Positions 1 through 9,348 of a stretch of 64,000 nt of DNA are shown here, piece after piece; the stretch's first letter is position 1, and the number at the start of each line of letters is the position of its first letter. The translations under genes were made by a program, and so were the position numbers. Under the pieces are notes generated by a model. That model ran no database searches. It had not been told where the DNA came from and saw only the letters and a program-made list of their open reading frames with translations. Source of the stretch: Calditrichia bacterium (lineage in GTDB: Bacteria > Calditrichota > Calditrichia > JAJRVZ01); assembly GCA_963796965.1 (NCBI GenBank), contig CAWCNS010000005.1, positions 896,001 to 960,000 on the forward strand. The letters are read 5' to 3'.

Positions 1-1218
1 TTTGTACGGGACATACCGACATCACGAAACTTCCTTATAGCTGCAGGACTTGAGCAGGTCATAGAATATGTAGAAAATCTGGAATTTACACACAAGGAAC
101 TGGATTGGTTGTCCACCCAGCCTTTTTTTAATGATATGTTTCTCACTTATCTGGAGAATTTCAAGTTTGAAGGAACTATCGAAGCAATGCCTGAAGGGAC
201 TATTTTTTTTCCTGGTGAGCCAATATTACGTGTCTTCGCTCCAATTGCCCAGGCTCAATTAGTAGAGACACGTATTATCAATATACTTCACTATCAAACC
301 ATGATCGCCTCAAAAGCGGTCAGATCAGTGCTTGCGTCGCAAAACAAATTGCTCATTGATTTTGGTCTACGTCGCGCTCACGGTGCTGAAGCCGGACTAT
401 ATGCAGCCCGAGCGAGCTATTTGGCCGGATTTTCAGGAACGTCAACGGTATTGGCAGGCAAGCTCTACAATATACCTATTTATGGCACCATGGCCCACTC
501 CTATATTCTGGCACATGATGATGAAAACATTGCTTTTCAAAACTTTATGACATCACATCCTGATAATGTCGTTTTATTGATTGATACATACGATATAGTT
601 AAAGCGATCAATATAGTTATCGATCTTGCGAAGGATAAACGATTTAGTCATGCACCTATCTCAGCGGTGCGACTGGATAGCGGAGATTTGATCAGAAATT
701 CTTTTCAGATTCGTAAAATTCTTGATGATGAGGGTCTTCAAAGTATTAAAATTTTTGTAAGTAGTAATTTAGATGAAAATTCTTTGCACAAGTTTGCAGA
801 ATCAAAGGCTCCCATTGATGGGTTTGGCGTTGGTACTTTGATGGTCACTTCGGCTGATGCGCCCTACCTGGAATGTGGTTATAAATTGGTATCCTACAAC
901 CATAAACCCCGCTTTAAAAAATCACCCCGTAAAGCAACTTATCCTTGTGCGAAGCAGGTCTACCGTTATTATAATGAGGATGGTACTTTCCACTTCGACG
1001 AAGTAACAAGTAAAAATGAAGACAGAGCGGCAGAGGGATTGCTAATAAAAGTTATGGAGAATGGTAACAAAATTCATAATCAGGTATCCGTACTAGAGGC
1101 ACGTCAACATTTATCAAGCCAGATCGATAAACTCCCATCAGAAATGCGCTCACTGCGCAAATGCGAACCGTATCCGGTAAAGATCAGCAAAAACCTCACC
1201 CGGATGACAGGGGAGTAA
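1..1218 (+). CDS. pncB: Nicotinate phosphoribosyltransferase (5'-partial; frame open from base 1)
   Basis: Motifs DFGLRRAHG, GTMAHS, LLIDTYD, VRLDSGD and FGVGT. The frame reads FVRDIPTSRNFLIAAGLEQ from position 1. Confidence 0.93.
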   Translation, partial: FVRDIPTSRNFLIAAGLEQVIEYVENLEFTHKELDWLSTQPFFNDMFLTYLENFKFEGTIEAMPEGTIFFPGEPILRVFAPIAQAQLVETRIINILHYQTMIASKAVRSVLASQNKLLIDFGLRRAHGAEAGLYAARASYLAGFSGTSTVLAGKLYNIPIYGTMAHSYILAHDDENIAFQNFMTSHPDNVVLLIDTYDIVKAINIVIDLAKDKRFSHAPISAVRLDSGDLIRNSFQIRKILDDEGLQSIKIFVSSNLDENSLHKFAESKAPIDGFGVGTLMVTSADAPYLECGYKLVSYNHKPRFKKSPRKATYPCAKQVYRYYNEDGTFHFDEVTSKNEDRAAEGLLIKVMENGNKIHNQVSVLEARQHLSSQIDKLPSEMRSLRKCEPYPVKISKNLTRMTGE

Positions 1219-1230
1219 ATACTAAGCCCA

Positions 1231-1743
1231 ATGGTTCTCAAACTAAAGAATTGCGAAATTCGAACATTAACTGAAGCGGATGCTTCCTCTCTCTCCCGCC
1301 ATGCGAATAACCGTAAGATTTGGATCAATTTGCGGGATGCCTTTCCCCATCCCTACACCTACCAAGATGCCGAGATCTTTATAAAAAATTCAGCATCAAT
1401 GAAACCTGAATCAAACTTTGCCATATCCGTAGATGATACGGCCGTTGGTTGTATCGGTATTGGTTTACATAAAGATATTGAACGCCTTTCAGCTGAAATC
1501 GGCTACTGGCTTGGAGAGCCATTTTGGAATAAGGGAATAATGACGGAGGTTGTTAGCGCTTTAACATCCTATGCAATTGATCAACATCAATTAACAAGAA
1601 TTTTCGCTGTTCCCTTTGAGTGGAATGTTGGTTCTATGCGGGTTCTCACTAAAACCGGATATATACAAGAGGCTATAATGAAAAAAAGTGCTATAAAAGA
1701 TGGTAAAATTATTGATCAAATGCTCTATGCTTATACGGTCTAA
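1231..1743 (+). CDS. GNAT family N-acetyltransferase (RimJ/RimL-like)
   Basis: AEIGYWLGEPFWNKGIMTE and N.GSMRVL.K.GY motifs. Confidence 0.88.
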   Translation: MVLKLKNCEIRTLTEADASSLSRHANNRKIWINLRDAFPHPYTYQDAEIFIKNSASMKPESNFAISVDDTAVGCIGIGLHKDIERLSAEIGYWLGEPFWNKGIMTEVVSALTSYAIDQHQLTRIFAVPFEWNVGSMRVLTKTGYIQEAIMKKSAIKDGKIIDQMLYAYTV

Positions 1744-1782
1744 GTTGGACATTATCAATCCAGATTTTGGGTTCACAATACT

Positions 1783-2589
1783 ATGATAAACATAAAATCA
1801 GGTCTAATAGTTTTAATGATACTTACTGTTTTCAGTATGGACCTCCAGGCACAAAAACCCTATGAATTGTCCTCCCCTCAGGATGTTGTGCTGCTGGGTG
1901 CAGGCTTCCCCATACTTTATTTTGGATATCGGATTGATCAAGCCATTCCCCCTCTTGATCCTAAAGATATTATGGAATTGAAACAGGAAGATGTTAATAG
2001 TTTTGACCGAATAGCAACCTATCATTATTCAGAAAAAGCCGCAGATTTAAGTGATATTCTTGTCTATACCTGTCTCGCTTCTCCACTTGCACTCTTATTC
2101 TCAAATGAAGTTCGTCGAGATGCGGGAGTCGTATATACGATGTATGGCGAATCTTTGATTTATGGGGTATCATTTCCTCTCTATTCAAAAGAGGCCTCTC
2201 ATCGATTCAGACCCTATGTTTATAATCCTGAGGTTCCCGACGAAATAAAATTAACCAGAGAGTCCCGGAAATCTTTTTTTTCTGGTCACACCAGTGTAGC
2301 TTTTACTTCTATGATATTTTTTGCCTCTGTATTCAATGGATACTATCCCGAATCACAATGGAGACCCTATATCTGGACTGGATCTGTTTTGCTCGCATCT
2401 TCTGTCGGTTATCTTAGAGTCACTGCCGGAAAGCATTATCCTACCGATGTTTTGGTGGGTGCTCTTGTTGGAACACTTATTGGTTATATTATTCCCAAGA
2501 TTCATGAGACCAACACCAATGGAGACTCCTACCCACTTTCAAATCCGAGTTATAAAAAAACTTTTTTAAACGTCAATTTTGTTTTTTAA
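1783..2589 (+). CDS. PAP2-family phosphatase, membrane protein
   Basis: K....R.RP, SFFSGHT and LRV.AGKHYPTDVLVG motifs, plus hydrophobic segments. Confidence 0.88.
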   Translation: MINIKSGLIVLMILTVFSMDLQAQKPYELSSPQDVVLLGAGFPILYFGYRIDQAIPPLDPKDIMELKQEDVNSFDRIATYHYSEKAADLSDILVYTCLASPLALLFSNEVRRDAGVVYTMYGESLIYGVSFPLYSKEASHRFRPYVYNPEVPDEIKLTRESRKSFFSGHTSVAFTSMIFFASVFNGYYPESQWRPYIWTGSVLLASSVGYLRVTAGKHYPTDVLVGALVGTLIGYIIPKIHETNTNGDSYPLSNPSYKKTFLNVNFVF

Positions 2590-2731
2590 TTTCTCTATTA
2601 AATATCCGGCAGTTAACTACAATAATATTAAACGCAGAGGCCGCTGAGATCGCTGAGAAAATATATAATAGTTGTGTTAATACTTTAAAAGAAAATTGCC
2701 TATTACAAACATTAAAAAGACAGGATATCTG

Positions 2732-3841
2732 ATGAATATGATAAAACATATAGTGTATTTTTGCCTGCTGTTGGTACTTATTTCTTTTAATTCTTGCAAA
2801 GTAGAAAAAAAGGTAACTTCTGAGGACCACACCCTAATTGCCATTGTAAACCCTCATGTCGGCTCACTCGTTAAATTTAAATCGCTTATCGACAATGGCA
2901 TATTAGACATTCCCAATGCGCAATATCTGGCTGTATGCTATGATCAGGTTGAGCGCAATATTGTAGCTGTTGAAAATTTCATCAATGAACAGAGTAACGA
3001 TCTTTTTCGCCTGGAAATATTATCTGGTGCCTTACCTCACACCGACCTCTTTATGGAAAACAGTTTGAGTAAACAATTCTTGAAAATATTTCAAAAAACA
3101 GAGGGTATCTTTTTCCTGGGTGGCGCTGATATTCCCCCAACCATATATGATCAAAAAACAAATTTGCTCTCTTCTATCACTACGCCGAAAAGGCATCTCT
3201 TCGAGCTCTCCTTTTTATTTCATCTTCTTGGTGGTTCACAAGACACATCATTTAATGCATTATTAGAAATGAATAAGACGTATAAAGTGGTTGGGTTTTG
3301 CTTAGGTATGCAGACCATGAATGTGGCCACGGGTGGTACAATGCACCAGGATATTCCCTCAAACATCTATAATTTAAATTATGTTGAAGATGTCCTGGCA
3401 ATGGATAATAATCAGAGACATTTGAATTACTGGCAAAGACTGGCACCAGAGGACGATATGATTTGGTCAAATTTTCATCAGATTAAATCAATTAAATCAC
3501 ATCATTTTTTTAATGAAGATCTTTGGTCGGGCAATAGCAATCCCTTTGTTTATAGTTCCCACCATCAAGCCGTACAATCAGTGGGAAATAATCTGGATAT
3601 TATTGCAACCTCAATGGATGGAAAGGTTGTAGAAATAATAATCCATAATAAATATGAGAATGTATTTGGTGTTCAGTTTCATCCCGAGGTTTCATCTCTG
3701 TATTTATCTGATCAAAAACAATATAAATGGACCCCTGATGATTTGGTGCCAAAGAGTTACTATGAATTCCTCGTCAAATCAAATAGTTTATCATTCCATA
3801 AAAAGTTCTGGCAGAAGGTAAGCAGCCTTTATCAGCACTAG
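2732..3841 (+). CDS. Peptidase C26 / gamma-glutamyl hydrolase family (class I glutamine amidotransferase fold), probable lipoprotein
   Basis: GGADI, GFCLGMQ (nucleophile Cys), SSHHQAV and GVQFHPE (His-Glu) motifs. The N-terminal hydrophobic stretch ends in FNSC. Confidence 0.8.
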   Translation: MNMIKHIVYFCLLLVLISFNSCKVEKKVTSEDHTLIAIVNPHVGSLVKFKSLIDNGILDIPNAQYLAVCYDQVERNIVAVENFINEQSNDLFRLEILSGALPHTDLFMENSLSKQFLKIFQKTEGIFFLGGADIPPTIYDQKTNLLSSITTPKRHLFELSFLFHLLGGSQDTSFNALLEMNKTYKVVGFCLGMQTMNVATGGTMHQDIPSNIYNLNYVEDVLAMDNNQRHLNYWQRLAPEDDMIWSNFHQIKSIKSHHFFNEDLWSGNSNPFVYSSHHQAVQSVGNNLDIIATSMDGKVVEIIIHNKYENVFGVQFHPEVSSLYLSDQKQYKWTPDDLVPKSYYEFLVKSNSLSFHKKFWQKVSSLYQH

Positions 3842-3966
3842 TTTGATTGAGACAATGGTTTGATAAATATATACGGATTTGGTAAAATGAATTTTGATAA
3901 ACTATCTGATTACATTTCAGTCATTCTTTATGAAATGTCCATCTCTAAAGATTGCTAGACTTCAGT

Positions 3967-5595
3967 ATGTATACAAAAAAAATACAGAGGAACTTTCTCA
4001 GGAACCTGATAATTACTCTTATACTTATTACAGGACTCCTACTTATTTTTCAGCAAACATATGACAATTTTGTTCGTGAAAGCATTTCCAAAAGCTATAT
4101 TTCTGAACTGGCCGCCCAGGCAGAGAAGGAGTTCAATCTATATAATCAACCTGTATTAAATAACTTACTTCTGGCCCAAAAATGGGGTCAATCAGGTTTA
4201 TTAAGACTTAAAAATCCTGAGTTACTCAACGCTACTTTCATACCCATCCTCGATCAAACACCACAAATCTATGCCGTAAAACTAGTTGATTCACTGGGTA
4301 ATTATTATTCCCTGACCCGAAAACGTGACACATGGGAAACCATAATTTCCAATTCTGAAAAAAAAACAAACAAATCTCTTTATCAGGAATTGTCAGCGAA
4401 AGGAAAATTGATTAGTAAAAGATGGGACAAAAATGACTATCCACCTTTAAAAAGGCCCTGGTATATTGGTGCCAGAGACAGTGTTAGCGGGAATAAAGCA
4501 TTCTGGACCCAGGCCCGACACATTATTTCTGCTCAAAGCCCAGGGATTACAGCATCAATATCATGGAGAAACAGAGAAAATAGCATTTTTGTTTTAGCTT
4601 TTGATGTGCTTTTAAAAAGCATCTATAATACATTAACCGATTTAGTAATTAGTGAGAATAGCCAGGTTTTTCTCTTTCGAAATGATGGTTCTATATTTAA
4701 CGTTGCTTCTCTCGATGCATCACCCAATGATGATGAGAATAACATTCAGTTTTTTATCGATCATTCAGAAGTGGGGAAACCATTAATTTCAACTTCTTTA
4801 AAAATGTGGCATAATGCAGAATTTGAGAGTAATGAGCCGCTCAAATTTAAATACAAAAACATTAACTACTGGTGCGGTTTTCGACCAATCCAAACTGAGC
4901 GCCTCCCTCTTTGGATTGGATTCGTTTTACCCGAGAAGGATCTTTTTGGGCCTCTGCAGGAGGAACAGGAATTACTTATCATAGCCTTTATAATAATTAT
5001 CATATTAGGTATAATAATTATTGTATGGCTAGTGAGAGGATATCGAAACCAAATGGCCCGGGGTCCTGATTCTTTAATCGATGATCCCAATATTGAAAAA
5101 AGAATCAAAGATTTGATTAACAAGGGAGAAAGCATCAAATCTGAATTTAAGTCTACCATGAGAATGAATTTAAAGACAGGACAATCAGGCCGAGAAATCG
5201 AAATGGCATGGTTAAAAACAGTTTGTGCTTTTATGAACTCTAACGGAGGCGTTCTGCTTTTTGGTATTCAGGACGATGGTCAGATTGTCGGAATTGAAGC
5301 AGATAATTTTGAAAATGAAGATCGTATCCGGTTACATTTTAAGAATCTTATTAACCAGCATGTTGGTGCTGAATTTTCTTCATCATTAAGGTTTCATGTC
5401 TTAACGCTCTCCGAAATGACAGTGGCTGTCCTTGAATGTGAGCCCTCGTCAAAACCTGTTTTCCTAAAAAATAAGAGCGAGGAGTTTTTCTACATACGCA
5501 CTGGTCCTTCAAGTATAAAATTATCGGCCAGCAAAACTCTTAAATATCTCGAAAACCGCAAATCACGTGTCTCTAAGCAAAGCGATGAATTTTAA
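3967..5595 (+). CDS. Two-TM membrane protein: extracytoplasmic Cache-like domain plus C-terminal Schlafen/AlbA_2 domain
   Basis: TM1 near the N-terminus. Cache-type 'YPPLKRPWY...FWT...PGITAS...VLAFDV' segment. TM2 LLIIAFIIIIILGIIIIVWLV. AlbA_2 signature GESIKSEFKS...KTVCAFMNSNGGVLLFGIQDDG...FYIRTGPSS. Confidence 0.82.
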   Translation: MYTKKIQRNFLRNLIITLILITGLLLIFQQTYDNFVRESISKSYISELAAQAEKEFNLYNQPVLNNLLLAQKWGQSGLLRLKNPELLNATFIPILDQTPQIYAVKLVDSLGNYYSLTRKRDTWETIISNSEKKTNKSLYQELSAKGKLISKRWDKNDYPPLKRPWYIGARDSVSGNKAFWTQARHIISAQSPGITASISWRNRENSIFVLAFDVLLKSIYNTLTDLVISENSQVFLFRNDGSIFNVASLDASPNDDENNIQFFIDHSEVGKPLISTSLKMWHNAEFESNEPLKFKYKNINYWCGFRPIQTERLPLWIGFVLPEKDLFGPLQEEQELLIIAFIIIIILGIIIIVWLVRGYRNQMARGPDSLIDDPNIEKRIKDLINKGESIKSEFKSTMRMNLKTGQSGREIEMAWLKTVCAFMNSNGGVLLFGIQDDGQIVGIEADNFENEDRIRLHFKNLINQHVGAEFSSSLRFHVLTLSEMTVAVLECEPSSKPVFLKNKSEEFFYIRTGPSSIKLSASKTLKYLENRKSRVSKQSDEF

Positions 5596-7323
5596 AACGG
5601 ATGGTTCCGGTCTAACCCTAAGAGCTGTTTTTATTGCTCTTTCGCTTTCTGTTTTTCTTCTTTTAAGTACATTTTATATTGCAATAAAATTAGGTGCTGC
5701 CCCGTGGCCAATAATATTTTCTGTAATTGTTTCTTCCTCTGTCATAAAGATCCTCAATAGAGGAAAAAAGACAAATCTCCATGAAATCAATGTTGCTCAG
5801 GCAGGAGGAAGCATTGGTGGCTTGGTTGCTGCAGGTGTGGCATTCACTTTACCCGGCATTATTTATCTAAACCAAACACGGGGTACAGCAATCGATTTAC
5901 CAGATCCGCTAATATTAGGATTACTGATCGCCGCAGCCGGTTTATTAGGCTTATTATTGTCTGTTCCCCTCAAACAGACCTTTATTGACGAAGAAAATTT
6001 ACCCTATCCTGCCGGAACTGCTGGTGCAGAATTATTAAAACTATCTGACTCGCACGGCAAAAGCTTCATTTGGTTCTGATTATTGGATCTTTGATTGGAA
6101 TATTTACCCTGGTTAGGGATATCAGTTTCCCAACTGGATTTGTGCTCATTTCAATCACTTCATTAGGTATCCTGGTGCCTCTTTTACCCCTGCCCATTGC
6201 CCTTGGTGCAGGTTATATTCTGGGTCCGCGGGCCAGTTTTTCCTGGTTGGCAGGAGCTATTTTTGGTTGGTTTATTCTTACTCCTATTTTAGTAACATCA
6301 GGAATAACCCCAGACCTCACTTCATCATATATGAAAAATCTTGGCATGGGAATGGTCATGGGATCGGGAATCAGTTTTTTAATCAGTTATATACTGCCAC
6401 GATTTCGGCAAATCTTTTTACCCTTTATCACTGCTGAATCCAAATATAGAATCTTGTTGATTGGTGCGCTCTCCGTTGGCCTTATCAGTTTAATAATTAA
6501 TGATGTTCCAGTTCTGGCCTCGGTCCTTACACTTCTGGGAATTTGGGCAATGGTTGCTGTTGCAGCACGAATGACCGGTGAAACAAATATTGATCCTCTT
6601 GAACAATTTGGGATATTCATTGCCCTCCTCATCGCTGGAATTTATGCATTATTTTTGCTTCCCCTCCCCTTTCATGTCTTATTAATAATCGCCATGACTG
6701 TCAGCATTGCATGTGCTATTGCCGGTGATGCAGGACATGACTATAAATCAGCAGCAATTCTCCATACAAAATTTTCAGACATTATTAAGATTGATATAAT
6801 TACTGTGGTGGTAACCGGCTTCGCTGCCCCATTTGTCTTCGATATTTTTATTCGCGCTTTTTCATCTGATCTTTTTACCCCCGTGATGCCTGCACCGCAG
6901 GCACAACTTGTAGCAGATAGTTTAAAAGGATTTGAACATCCCACAGTATTCTTATGCGGATTTGGACTTGCCTTCACCGGCGAAATAATTGATCGGTTTC
7001 TTCCCGATAAATTCCAAAAGCGCTTATTATGGATGCCCTTTGGGATTGGTCTGTTTCTTGGGCCTGGCCTTGCTATTCCTATTGCCCTCGGTGCAGTCAT
7101 ACATGTATGGATTAATAAAAAAAATAAAGAACATTACCACACAGGGATTCTAATTGCGGCGGGAATAATGGGTGCTGAAGGTATCGCAGGCTTTTCCACC
7201 GGCGCATTGACCATTTTTGGGATTGATTTGGGCTTTTCTGCTTTGATTCTGGGGTTGATATTTGCATTAGTGATGGTTACTGGGGTATGGATATATCGAC
7301 AATCTAATGCGCATTTACCCTAA
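5585..7323 (+). CDS. OPT family oligopeptide transporter (split by a frameshift at ~6070)
   Basis: LTLRAV, EINVAQAGGS, LPYPAGTAGAELL, GETNIDP and PAPQA motifs across two overlapping hydrophobic ORFs. The start codon lies 11 bp inside the end of the upstream gene. Confidence 0.85.
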
Positions 7324-7329
7324 ATGCTT

Positions 7330-7586
7330 GTAGAGACGTCCCGGTGGGACGTCTCATGATAAATATATGTGAACATAATATTATCACAATCAAATACTAC
7401 ATGATTTATTTATTCTATTTACAAATTATTTCCAATTCCTGATAGGCAAACATCGCACAGGAACCTCTCCTTATAACATATATTGAAATTGATATTATCC
7501 TCTTCAAATACCACATGAATCCCATATGTCAGGTGCATATTATTTCTATTACCTGATAGAGAGACATCCCACCAGGACGTTTCTAC
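7330..7586. repeat. REP cluster downstream of RAYT: inverted GTAG-REPs at 7330-7355 and 7561-7586, with a degenerate middle copy near 7444-7469
   Basis: GTAGAGACGTCCCGGTGGGACGTCTC and GAGACATCCCACCAGGACGTTTCTAC. The spacer consists of two diverged ~115-bp units. Confidence 0.8.
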
Positions 7587-7601
7587 GATATAATTCCTAT
7601 G

Positions 7602-8153
7602 TTATTCTCCCTTTCTACGTTTATCTTCCCAATATTTAGGGTTATTTTTGATATAATTCCGAATTCGGTAATATTCCTTTTCATTCCTTATGACATGATC
7701 GTAGAATCGTGTTTGCCATTTAAACTCAAAATAGCCTTTCAATCTGACTTTTTTTGTACATATAGATTTAAACTGACCAATTATTGAACCTAAAGAATTT
7801 GCCGTTAATAATTTCCCTTTTACTTTTATTATTTCAGAGACGTCCCGCCGGGACGTCTCTACATTAACCTTGTAATTTATTATAACAATACCATGGATGT
7901 GGTTTGGCATAATTGTCCATTCACCAATATGGATATTCTTTCTAATCCTGGCCGTATTCTTCCATTCATAATCTACAATTTTACCCACTTCCGATAATTT
8001 GATATTGCCTTTTATAATTTTCCCAAACCAATCATATCCTCCCTCAGTACAAATTGTAACAAAATAATGTCCAGGGTTTGTATAATCCCAACCCTGTAAT
8101 CTGGATGATGAAATTCGGAATCTTTCATTAAATTTATCTTTATATTCACACAT
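7602..8153 (-). mobile_element. rayT: REP-associated tyrosine transposase (RAYT, HUH Y1 family)
   Basis: SSRLQGWDY..PG.YFVTICT, IMPNHIHGI (HUH), SLGSIIGQFKS and WQTRFYDHVIR...YI.NNP motifs. Flanked by GTAG REPs. Confidence 0.92.
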
Positions 8154-8193
8154 ATGTTCTATTTCACATTGAACAATATTACAATTTAAGGCT

Positions 8194-8589
8194 GTAGAGA
8201 CGTCCCGGTGGGACGTCTCTATTTCTGATTTATATAATACAATTATTATGCCATTTGGGGTTATAATATCGGAATGAGCTCAATATATTTAAGATTGGAT
8301 TTTTCTGGTTTTGGTTTTGGAGAAGTCCCAACGGGACGTCTCTATTGCTGATTTATATAATACAATTATTATGCCATTTGGGATATAATATCGGAATGAG
8401 CTCAATATATTTAAGATTGGATTTTTCTGGTTTTGGTTTTGGAGAAGTCCCAACGGGACGTCTCTATTGCTGATTTATATAATACAATTATTATGCCATT
8501 TGGGATATAATATCGGAATGAGCTCAATATATTTAAGATTGGATTTTTCTGGTTTTGGTTTTGGAGACGTCCCAACGGGACGTCTCTAC
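8194..8589. repeat. Tandem REP array (BIME-like): four palindromes and three near-identical units with ~122-bp period
   Basis: Palindromes at ~8194, 8320, 8442 and 8564 with near-identical spacers. The array starts with GTAG and ends with CTAC. Confidence 0.92.
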
Positions 8590-8632
8590 AGGCAGATGTG
8601 TTTTACAACGATTATACCGAAGGAGAAAAGAA

Positions 8633-8986
8633 TTAATCAATCAATTCAATCACATCCTCATCATTTGGGACTATGCATAAGAATTGAAATGCCGTGTCAC
8701 CGATTGTCCAATAATTGTGGGGAATACCGGCAGGAATAAACACGACATCACCCTCTTTTACATCATATACCTCATCCCCAATTTTCACCGAAGCCTTGCC
8801 ACGCAGTACAAATTGTTCGTGTTCAACCGTATTGGTATGCATCGGCATGAATCCACCTGGTTCAATGATAAAACGACGCATGGCAAAATTTGGACCTTTC
8901 TCAGATCCGATTAATACCTGCCGCGACACATTTTTTCCTGCACCAACAGGTTCAATCTCTATATCACTCGAATGAATCACATACAT
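8633..8986 (-). CDS. Cupin domain protein
   Basis: IEPGG.MPMHT...EHEQFVL.G and GDVVFIPAG.PH motifs. Confidence 0.88.
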   Translation of the reverse strand: MYVIHSSDIEIEPVGAGKNVSRQVLIGSEKGPNFAMRRFIIEPGGFMPMHTNTVEHEQFVLRGKASVKIGDEVYDVKEGDVVFIPAGIPHNYWTIGDTAFQFLCIVPNDEDVIELID

Positions 8987-9348
8987 AGAATTCCTTTCTA
9001 TTTATTTTCCTTACACAGAGATCCTCAGGCTTACTCTATCAGTGAGCGACAACTTCTGGTCATTCTTATTACACCAGGTTATAGGTAAAAGAATCTAACC
9101 ACAGGAAGACATAAAAAAACACAGAATCATAAATTAATTTGTTTATTAGTATACAAAACAGATCCGTGCATTTTTCCGGCCTGCCGACTATTACCGGTGT
9201 AACTCCGTGGTTCATATTATAAATATAATAAAATGATTTTATTATATTTATTTTATTTGAATTGTATCATCTAAACAATTATTTTTTCTGATATTATATT
9301 CCCAAATATCATCCAAATAATCATTATTATCTTAAGGGAGAACAAACC

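Noticed and set aside
7602..8153. IS200/IS605 insertion sequence
   Set aside because: There is no tnpB, and the motifs and flanking GTAG REPs fit a RAYT.
8194..8589. CRISPR-like look: palindromic ~26-bp repeats at regular spacing
   Set aside because: The spacers are ~96 bp and essentially identical, there are no cas genes, and the repeats are GTAG REPs next to a RAYT.
8467..8739. 90-aa ORF; similarly 58167-58454, 37595-37792, 40723-40920, 52682-52924 and 33213-33395
   Set aside because: These ORFs run through repeat elements or antisense to real genes and show no protein-like motifs.
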